NCBI GenBank assembly: GCA_021432655.1
Contig: MU271574.1
Span: 9,240-42,704 of the forward strand
Direction: 5' to 3'
Source: Atractiella rhizophila
Lineage: Eukaryota
DNA length: 33,465 bases
Shown here: positions 24,380 to 33,465 of the stretch, piece after piece
Numbering within the stretch: position 1 is the stretch's first letter
How the letters are laid out: each line of letters opens with the position of its first letter
Notes under the pieces: model-generated
What the model saw: the letters and a program-made list of their open reading frames with translations, nothing else
Database searches by the model: none
What the model was told of the DNA's origin: nothing
Made by a program: the position numbers and the translations under genes

Positions 24380-26495
24380 ATGTCACCCGTAGCTGTCAGC
24401 ATCAAGCACTCTGGTAAATCCTACCAACTTGACATTCAGCCTTCAGACTCTCTGGACGATTTCAAGAACAAGATCTGGCAGCAGACTGGCGTACCACCAG
24501 AGAAACAGAAAGTTGTGCTCAAAGGTTCAATTCTGAAGGTCTCAGTCTTTTGGTAAATCTTCAACAATGCGCTCATACGTGCTTAGGACCCAAACCTGAG
24601 CGCTCTAAACATCTGTGATGTAGGTTGGCGCGCCGCTGCACGGGTTTCTTTGCTGACAACGGCTTCGCAGGGCCAAATTTTTAACGTACGCAAGCAATAC
24701 TTCCCACAAACATTTGTTTAGTAGTGGAAAGGTCATCGGGAACGCTGGTCCACTGCCCCCGCCACCAAGCGCAAAGCCTATCTTCCTAGAGGACATGGAT
24801 GATGTAACGCTTGCGAATGCGGTTCGTCTTTCGCCATGAGTTTCAGCTCAGCGCTAAACATGGGTGTCTGATGGTACAGACCAAGACATTAGCTGGTCTA
24901 CATAATCTAGGTCAGCTCCGGGTTTCGCTGTATAATATGGTTCTGAGTTGTTGCCACCAGGCAACACTTGTTATATGAACTCCACAGTACAACTTCTTCG
25001 CCAGATACCGGAGCTAACTGATGGATTGAACTTGTGCACCTTCTCGTCACTGTACTAGACCCGCACTGAACGATCTGCAGAATGGGAGTGGCAACAGTGG
25101 TACCTGAACAACAGCGAAGTGGCCGCACCTTAGTTTCGTCCATGAAACACCTCTTCGAAAACCTTGGCTCAACAACTCAGCCATTCACACCTTCAATATT
25201 TCTGACCGCGTTGCGAGATTATGCACCTCAGTTTGGCGAAATGGCACGCAGCAATGTTCCTGGAATGGGGGTTTGTGGATATCTTACTTTCTATTTGCAA
25301 AAAGTGACAGCTATATGATGCAGGGAGGAGGCTATGCTCAACAGGACGCCGAGGAATGTTGGGGAGCAATCCTTGCCGCAATGAAGCAGAATATTCCAGG
25401 AAGTTCGGCAGATAAGAAATGGGTGGAGCAATGGATGCAAGGATCGATAACCACAGTGTGAGTCGTGTTGCATTGGATCTTGCATTGACGATTGTTGATA
25501 TATCATTTTCTTTCTGGGCAGAACCAAGAGCCCAGAGGTGCCTAATGAAGATGCCGTCACAACTAGCGAGCCATTTCTCGAGCTGAAATGCAATATTTCA
25601 GTAACTACTAACTTCATGGTTAACGGTCTGGCGGAAGTGGGCCTTTTTTTCTGCACCGTGTGGTGATGATCTTACGGTTCATTCAGTCCCTGAAGCAAGA
25701 CATCGAGAAACAAAGCCATACTCTTGGCCGCCCCGTTATTTATCACCAAGAGAGTAAAATATCTCGCTTACCAAGGTGAGAGGGAATGGGCAAGGCACCC
25801 CGAGTTTCTCACTTTTTGTAGTTGGTTGACAGTTCACATGGTTCGGTTCTACTGGCGACGAGAAATACGCAAAAAAGCCAAAATAATGCGCAAAGTGAAG
25901 TTTCCTTTCGACCTCGATCTTCTCGAAATGCTGGCCGATGACCTGAAAGCGAAGGTTAAGCCAGTGAACGAGAAACTTCGATCCATAGATAGAGAACGGC
26001 AAGATAGGGCGAATACGCGAAAGAAGCTCATGAGAAGGAAGGACGATGAAGCGAGAGAACGGGCAATCCATCGCAATGCTTCTGATTCGAACGCAGATGC
26101 AGCAATGGAAGTGGACGATATCCTAGACGGGGGTGACGAGTCCGAATTGCAGAAGAGAGAGAAGGAGGAGCTTGAGAAGTTGGTTGACGCATCTATCAGA
26201 GAAGGCGATCCAGGTGCAAACTACACCGGTATGTATGAACTTTGGGGGATTGTAACACATAAAGGGGCCAGCGCGGATGGAGGTAAGTGATCACACATAG
26301 AGACAGTCGCCTGATTTCTCTATTCTAGGGCATTACGTTGCTTGGACCAGAAAATCACCTAGTAATCCAGATGAATGGTACTGCTTCGACGACGAAAAAG
26401 TTTCTGTTGTAAATAAGGACAAGATTGCTTCGCTGGATGGTGGAGGAGAAGACCACACAGCTTATATCCTTCTCTACAGGTCCAGAACAGTGTAA
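24380..26495 (+). CDS. UBP6: Ubiquitin carboxyl-terminal hydrolase UBP6/USP14, multi-exon
   Basis: N-terminal UBL (IWQQTGVPPEKQKVVLKG), Cys box GLHNLG|NTCYMNSTVQ, YAQQDAEECW, LTVHMVRFYWRR...KAKIMRKVKFP, His box THKGASADG|GHYVAW, LDGGGEDHTAYILLYR. Confidence 0.95.
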
Positions 26496-26593
26496 ACAGC
26501 AATGTACTTCAACACATACTGACATATCTAAATGTAGAACTTGGTACATTCATTGACATTCTCGACATTACATTGCTCCAGTCCTTTCTGCGT

Positions 26594-27475
26594 TCATTTC
26601 TTTACCATCTTCTTCTGTGCTTCTTCCGCCGCCTTCTTGGTTTCTTGAGCCTTGACTGGGGTATTGTTAGTGGCGTCTTGACCAAGAATCAAGTGTCATG
26701 GACGCACTCTCTTGGGTGGCGTCTCTCACCGCTTTCGCAGCCTCTCTTTCAGCTCGAATTTTTGCCAGTCGAGCCAAATCAGCTTTGGCTGCTCGGAAAT
26801 GTCAGCCTCGGTGTCGGGTACCGTTCAAGACAAACCTTGACTAGTCTTCCCTTCTTGATGCAGTTTCCAATAGTGCTCCTGAGCAGCTATTTTAACCTTT
26901 AACAGGTAGTTGCTTCGACGAGGTAACACACACCCTTTTTCTCAGCAGCCTCCTTCTCCTTCCTCGAAAGCTCGCCATCATTAGCAACCAGTTCCGAAAT
27001 CTTGACGTTCTTCTTGACGGCCCGATTCAAATTGCCCATGCCATCGTCATCGAGAACATCTCCATCGTCCGATTGCTCTCCTCCAGAAGCAGTTTTGGGA
27101 GCAAAACCGACTTTATTGCCTTTCTTGGCTGCTCTTCTGGCGGCACGCTCCTCTGCGATAGTACGACCATTCGATGGACCAGAGGAGGGATCGCCGACAG
27201 CGGCAATGTTGGATTGTTCGGGCTCAGATTCTTCTTCCTCTTCGGAATGTTCAGATGTTTCGGATGACTCGTCAGATGGGTCGGAAGGGGGGCGGTTCAT
27301 GTGGTCAAAGTTGCTGAAGCTGTTGGAGGCAATCAGTAATAAGGACGTATGTTATAACAAGAAACTAACTTCCTTGCTCCACCCCTGATAGGTTTACCGC
27401 GCTTTTCCCGTCCTGATGAGCATTATCAGGTTTTGAATCGAAAGATCCACTTACCTTCCCAGCATTCCTCACCAT
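26594..27475 (-). CDS. PDAP1/PP28-like heat- and acid-stable phosphoprotein, multi-exon
   Basis: RGGARK|FS, acidic Ser/Glu tract, ELSRKEKEAAEKK|AAQEHYWKLHQEGKTSQ|AKADLARLAKIRAEREAA (PP28 signature). Confidence 0.88.
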
Positions 27476-27759
27476 TTTGTTCACTTAGCTTTCGTTCACT
27501 GGATCAAGCTGACAATCAGAGCCTGTTTGGAGGGTTAATTAAGAAAAGTATCACTCACAACAGTGGACTCCGTACAACAGAGCTGATGCACTGATGGTTG
27601 ACTCGGGTTGAGAAAGTGATCGAGAGAGTTGGGAGGCAAATGGCTTGACTAAGGTTCGGGGCAGCATGTGATCTTCAGAGGAGGACACCAACAACAGCAC
27701 ACGGTTACTGGCAGCAGCTTGTTGCTCGCTAGACCAAAGAGCAAGAAGCCAGGAGAGAT

Positions 27760-29873
27760 ATGGATGCTCTCGGTATTACCATACATTTCGAGTCTCCCCA
27801 GCAGTTCTGGCTAGGCGAGTTCACCGTTCTTCATTCACGGTTGCACTAATCGAATCAGCAGAACTGGAAGAACTCCTCACCATCGATCCATTGTCGCCTC
27901 TCCAGCAGCTGGACTATAATCTCAGATGCTATCTTCAGTGTGCCTCACGTTATCACGGTACGCTTTTGTTTGCAATGCTAAATGGTCTTTCAAGGTATGG
28001 TAGACGAATTCTTGGCTGAGCCTTCACAAGAAGAAGCCTGCGCTTCCCTACTTCTGTCATCCCCTCTTTTCTTCCGTCACCCCGATCGCATGGCAGACAC
28101 GCTCCTCTCAGACCTCTTCTCTCCTCATCCATCTTCTCCAGAAGCGAGTACGAGTACTGTACAGCCGCGTTCTGCCACAGACTTGATCCTCCCACTTCTT
28201 GCTATACACCGCTTAGGACTCGCACAGAACGATGCCAGTGCCTCGACAACGCGCCATATCGCACGCACATCTACTCCTATGTTTCTGATACTGAGAAAGA
28301 AGTGGAATGAGATAGTTCCCTTTCTCATCGAACTTGTGGAACAGTCGGGAACCGTCATCGGCGGGGAGAAGGCGCACCATCTGCATATTTTGAGATGCGC
28401 GGAATTGGCTGTCGAGCTTCTGTATAACATCTGTCGAGTAGAGCGGTCGCAGCTTGAGGAATTGTGTGCGTCATGGTCATTTCGACTGAAGCGTGCTTAT
28501 TTGCTCGTAGCCGTCTTCACTGAGGACTTTATATCTCAGCTCTTCGATCTTGTAGAGTCGACTCGCTATTTCTCAGATGAGACGTATAACTACTCTCTTA
28601 TACGCCTACTTGTCCGTTTTCTGAATACTTGACCTCAGGCACTGAATGGAGACGAACAGATTGCGCTCAACGAACAGTTCATGGTAGCTGTATTGCCTGT
28701 TAACACGCCAACCACTCCCAACTCTGTTTTGAATCATCAAAAGCGAAAGGATCGAAGAAGTGAGCAACATGATGCAAGCCAGAAAAACGAAGAGACCAAC
28801 TCTGTAATTAAAGTTCTCAAGGTCAAAATGAGGGGTAGTAAGACTTTCGGAGAAAATATCATATGGATCCTCAATCGGGCTAGCTCAGGTCCGTCAACCA
28901 TCCTTGGTACTACCGATATTTATTTTAGGAAAGGCACATCTGCGGAAGACCTTTGCGTCGCTTTACTGATTCTCAAGATCCTTTACCTCCTGTTCACCAC
29001 GCAAGGTACATCCGACTTTTTCTACACCAACGATCTCTGCGTCCTCGTCGACGTTTTCATACGTGAGCTCGGGGATCTCCCGGAAGAGAACGAAGGAGTA
29101 CGCTCGCTAGCTCAATCTGGATATGCAAGCGACTTATTATTGCGTTGCAGCTGCGGCATACCTATCTTCGCGTCCTCCATCCCCTCATGACCCATACGCA
29201 GCTCTCAGGTCACCCATATAAACGACCACAGATTTACAGGCTCCTTCATTCCCTGATCGATACCCGGCACAAATTCATCAGGATCGACACCACCACAAAA
29301 CGACTTGTGGAGCGTAACCTGAACGCAAAGTGGTGTAAAGAACTGACGAATTTGGGATTGGGCGTCAGGCCGGAATCAGGTCCCATTGTTAACAGCGCGT
29401 CAAACAGCGAGACATCTCCCACAAGGGAGAAGTCACTGAGGAACGCAACCAGCACCCCAGACATTCGAAGAAGAGCGTCAACCGTTACCAGCGTAACGAG
29501 CGATGGAGCTCTGCTAAGTCCCAAATCTGTTCAAGGGAGTCGCTCTTTCCATAACCTCCCAGACACGGAATGCGAGCCTCCAAGGCGAGTGTCCAGCCCT
29601 GCGACGGGCAGCGATGTCTGTACCCCTATGGATTCGCCGGCGCTCCTCCCACCGGAACTCCCTACCATTGCTGAGCCACAATCTCCTGACGGAGTTCTGG
29701 AGGCACCAAGTAGTCCTTCCCCTTCCCTAGCTTCATTTTCAAGCGGGTCAACAAGCACCAGAAGACGTCCGCCAAAACCGCCAGAGAAGAAAACACCAAG
29801 CCTTGCATCCGCTCCTCTGTTACCTATTCTGGGGAAAAAGCGGCGGCCTCCTCCCCCTGCACCAGTGCGATGA
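27760..29873 (+). CDS. LDB17: SPIN90/Ldb17-family endocytosis/actin regulator with Pro-rich tail, multi-exon
   Basis: ESPQQFW, DETYNYSLIRLL|IALNEQFMV, KTFGENIIWILNR, FFYTNDLCVLVDVFIREL, LRHTYLRVLHPL, C-terminal RRPPPPAP. Confidence 0.88.
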
Positions 29874-30375
29874 AATGACTTGTGTTTTGGACTACATCTT
29901 CCTGGGGTTTTTATTAGTTGTGTGTCCAAAGGTTCAATATATTCCATTCGGCATGTGCTGCATGTGGCTACTGTAAGGACGTGAGGATATTGAACCGTTA
30001 TAGCTATGCTGTTGTGACAAGACAAGAAAACAAGGAACAAGCGCGACTAAACTAAGCTAAGGCTCTCGACATTGCAATATCAACTCTCCCTAGTTTTGGT
30101 TCACGATGAAGTATGATTTGTTTGTTGAAGCTTGCAAAGACCTTTGTTGCCTTTCAGAGTTACAGTAGATGCTTGATCTTGCTTCTGAGAGCATGTGATG
30201 CTGAAGGATATGACAACAAGGGAAGTTCACGCGTCGGACGAACGGCATTGAGACGTAGCTGCCAACCCTTGTTGGTTCCTTCTTATCCCTCTTCCCTTGT
30301 TGTCCTACTTAAGCCTCACTCGTTCTCAAATTTCGAGCACGTAACCACTTCCATCAAGCTTAACTATCTGCGCAT

Positions 30376-32134
30376 ATGTCTTCTACGCCGCCAGAGAGCC
30401 CTCCCACCAGGACGCTTCAGTCTAAATTCTCTTCAGAATCCCTCTTTGACCAGTCAACAAGGAAGTGGTTTTCCAGCTTGACATCCCGACCTGTGAGGGA
30501 GCACAGAAAAACTAGTTCGCAGTCCTCTATCCTTTCGAGCTCATCTTCCAAGAAATCTGATGGCCGAGCTTCACCCTCTGCGATGGTGATATCTTCCCCA
30601 ACTCGTGTGTTTGCCTCAACAGGGTCACATTTGCGTGAAGCCTCTCTCGATTACGGCGCCAAACCGAAGGGGAGATTGGGACAAGGTGCTCGGCCGGTTA
30701 CAAACGCAGATGCTGCTTGGAGGACCTTGTACGAGTTCTCGGACAAAGAAGTTGAATATTTGAACTCGGGACCTTCTCCCGGTTTTGCCAAAGACAACGA
30801 CGCCCATTCATTCCGTTCTCTCGATCTTCACCGCGATCTCCCTCAGATTCCTTCACCTCGTCCAACGTCCAATCCCATATCGCCTTTTTCTCCCAAATCG
30901 GAGCCCATGTGGACGCAAACCTCCGCATCGTCAGCCAAATCGGACCGGCCCAGCATCCCTGAATCTTTTCGAGAAGGAAGAAGCAAGCCGCGAACAGCTT
31001 CCCATTCGTCCGCAGAAAAGCCAAAAATCCCAATTTCCGCTCTTCGACAAGCCCGGATTCTCGCCCCTGAGACATCGAGGGTGGAACTGGAGTCCCCCGT
31101 CACAGCACCATTCAATGCTAAATTGGTGACAGCACCGAAAAAGTTCGACGACAAGTTAATGATCGTGACCTTGGACATCGGGGGCACAAGATTTGAGATC
31201 GGTTTGGACAATCTGCTCAAAGGTGGAAAGGAGGAAGGAGCAGGTTACCTGAGACATTTCGTCGACAATATACTGGAAGAGGGAAACAGAACTGGGAGAA
31301 AGGATTCGAATGAATCATCCGAGAGTAACTATTCCAACTCTCATGGTCAGTCCAGATTGTCAGCCTGAGTTGAAGACCCTAAAGCGCTGCCTTACAGAAG
31401 TCGAAACGTTTTCGCCCCAACCTGAGGACCGCAAGTCATATGCTCTCTCTGAGGTGTTCTCTACGCTTTCCGATTCAGAAGACGAACAGATTTTCAGCCC
31501 TTACGTCGTACCGAAGCGAGATCCTGTCCTTTTCCGAGTGAAGACAAAGGCTCTTCGCCCAAAAGTTGTACGACCCGCGGCAGTGAGCCAGAAGAGCATA
31601 AGCGTAGCAATTGAAGGTGGGAGAGAACAAGAGGATTTCTCCCATGCTATCAAATTGTTTCGAGACTCGGAAGAGGCATTCTCTAGCATTGAACCAGATG
31701 GTGATGCGACTCCCAGCCTAACTTCCAGTCCATCAACCCACGTCGAGCACTCATTTAGGCCGGAATCCCCTGATCACGACGCCTTCGACGTCCCAAGATT
31801 TGAGATATTTTTGGATCGAAACCCGATGGCCTATGAAATAATCACGCATTTCCTGCGAAACTCTCGGTTGCCGCTCTCGCTTGATGTGTCCAGATTATCA
31901 GAGAAGAGTGACTGGAAACTGGATGCATCATTCCTTCTCAATACTTATCTCACTCTCCAGGAGGTGAAGGAAGAAGCAAAATGGCTTGGAATGCATGCGT
32001 TGCGTCAAGTTTGCTCAGAAGAGATCCAAAAGGTGCAGGAATTAGCAAAGGAAGGGAAAGAGATTGGTTCGGGAAGATCCCCAAGGAATTCATCTAAAGT
32101 ACGCCTCAAAGTAGACGAGCATGGCTGGATATAA
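30376..32134 (+). CDS. Ser/Pro-rich protein with a split T1/KCTD-type BTB/POZ domain; one intron (31346-31397)
   Basis: A GT-AG intron joins the two listed ORFs in frame (SHE|VETF). BTB halves: IVTLDIGGTRFEIGLDNLLK and IFLDRNPMAYEIITHFLRNSRLP...EVKEEAKWLGMHAL. Confidence 0.8.
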
Positions 32135-32561
32135 TTTTTACCTTTGTAGATCTACTCACTTTGATATTCATCCGTTGTATACATACCCTCTATTGTTTAT
32201 TGTAGAATAAATGTAGAAGTGTGCTTTCCTGTACGCAGCTATTCATCGTGCTCGTAGATGTAACACACAGAGGGGAATTGTAGGCGAATTGACCATCCCC
32301 AAAGTAAAGATACAACGTTCAATGTTCGAATGGGACGTTACCCAATGAAGGTTGCAGCCTAATGCAATCCTCCGTTGCCAATCTCAGAGCAGGGGATTCT
32401 TCCTCTTTCATGGGATAGTCTGATGCCCCGAAATAATCTATTCAATGAGTAGGCGCGGCGCCATCACTAGTCTACCTAAACATACATGAAAGGAGTTCTC
32501 CTTGGGAGCAAGGGAAACAGACATGCGACTGCGTTTCAGCCTCGCGGCAAGATAGAATTGA

Positions 32562-32941
32562 TCACTTGGAAGGGTCCTGAACAACGACAAGCGTATATTT
32601 CTCATCTTGAACGACCAACCATCACTCAACTGATAGCACAAAAAAGAAAGTTACTCACCTGGTGTAATCATAATTTCCCACTTCCTCGTCCTAACCCTCA
32701 AAAATCTTGGCACGTCACCGATATCCAATCCACCGACAGCATCTTTTGAAGCAGCGACAAGCTTCAAAGCCGCGTTAACGTATTTCGATATAACTTCTGA
32801 GGGGTCTGCGAGGTCGAAGATTTCTCCGGCGTGTCGTATTAAGATACCTTGGGCATTAAGCACAAGTACTCCCCTGACTGACTTGGTGGAAGACAGGCGA
32901 GCGATGGCTGATTCTACTTCTGCGGAAGAAGGTGCACTCAT
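32562..32941 (-). CDS. Dynein light chain Roadblock/LC7 family, two exons
   Basis: EVESAIARLSSTKSVRGVLVLNAQG...PRFLRVRTRKWEIMITP|DEKYTLVVVQDP. Confidence 0.92.
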
Positions 32942-33072
32942 GTCTCATTAATTCATTTCTTGTCCCGTCTCCTGGTTGATTGCGTGTGTTTGTGTCACGC
33001 GAAATCCCAATACCAACACCGGAGATGCTGCATCGATGATGCCTCTGGCCACAAGCTCGAGACTCAAGTAAA

Positions 33073-33465
33073 ATGCCTTCAAGACTAAAAGCGTCGCATC
33101 CACCCCTCTCGAACTCTTCAACCTCTCACCACCGATTCGCTCACACCCCTCGTCCAGGTCCAAGATTCTTCCCTAGTCGTCTGCAGCGAACAACCAATGA
33201 GCCTCAGTCGGAACAAGAGGACAATGATTATTTTGGCGGCCTCAGCGAAGAGATCTCCTCCAGCTCCGGAGATGAGGTCCTTCTGAATCAGAACGAATCT
33301 GGCTCTGAGGAGGAGGATGCACAGAGCCCCGACCTTGGCTCTGATCAATTCGACGGGTCTCTTCCGAGGACTGGTTCGACAAGCAACCTTGCCAGTGGGC
33401 ACTCCCCTCCCCTCAGCTTTGATATAAAACTCAAACGGTCGGAGAGTTCTGGACCTGCAGGCCGA
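33073..33465 (+). CDS. 5' end of an unidentified protein (low-complexity Ser/acidic N-terminus), truncated by the window edge
   Basis: ATG at 33073 opens 131 stop-free codons to the end (MPSRLKASHPPLSN...EQEDNDYFGGLSEE...), divergent from Roadblock. Confidence 0.6.
   Translation, partial: MPSRLKASHPPLSNSSTSHHRFAHTPRPGPRFFPSRLQRTTNEPQSEQEDNDYFGGLSEEISSSSGDEVLLNQNESGSEEEDAQSPDLGSDQFDGSLPRTGSTSNLASGHSPPLSFDIKLKRSESSGPAGR

Noticed and set aside
31310..31397. Frameshift or two separate genes at the overlap of ORFs 30376-31368 and 31310-32134
   Set aside because: Explained by an ordinary 52-nt GT-AG intron.
32948..33402. Minus-strand ORFs upstream of Roadblock
   Set aside because: They are antisense to an open plus-strand frame starting at 33073, which fits the divergent gene layout better.

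Overview
Compact, intron-rich fungal DNA, most likely from a basidiomycete (introns of about 45-70 nt, very short intergenic spacers). Positions 1-8.7 kb are transposon-derived. They contain a degenerate Ty1/copia element (gag-protease, tRNA-Met PBS, 166-bp LTR) inserted into a decayed Ty3/gypsy pol and a solo copy of the same LTR. They also contain a 4.78-kb element (3947-8727) bounded by imperfect terminal inverted repeats (CCCTGTG...CACAGGG) and a perfect 7-bp target-site duplication (TGTTTAG). I see no transposase in that element. It carries an intron-retaining, pseudogenised fragment of proteasome subunit RPN5, other decayed gene pieces and a cluster of MCB/SCB-like motifs, which makes it a candidate fungal Pack-type (gene-capturing) DNA transposon. 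From about 9.3 kb on is a dense housekeeping block: SET-domain methyltransferase, HAS1, TIM54, an unannotated small spliced gene, MCM6, KAP120/importin-11, UBP6, PDAP1-like, LDB17, a split-BTB protein, dynein Roadblock and the start of one more ORF. All exon structures were inferred by eye and no database searches were run.
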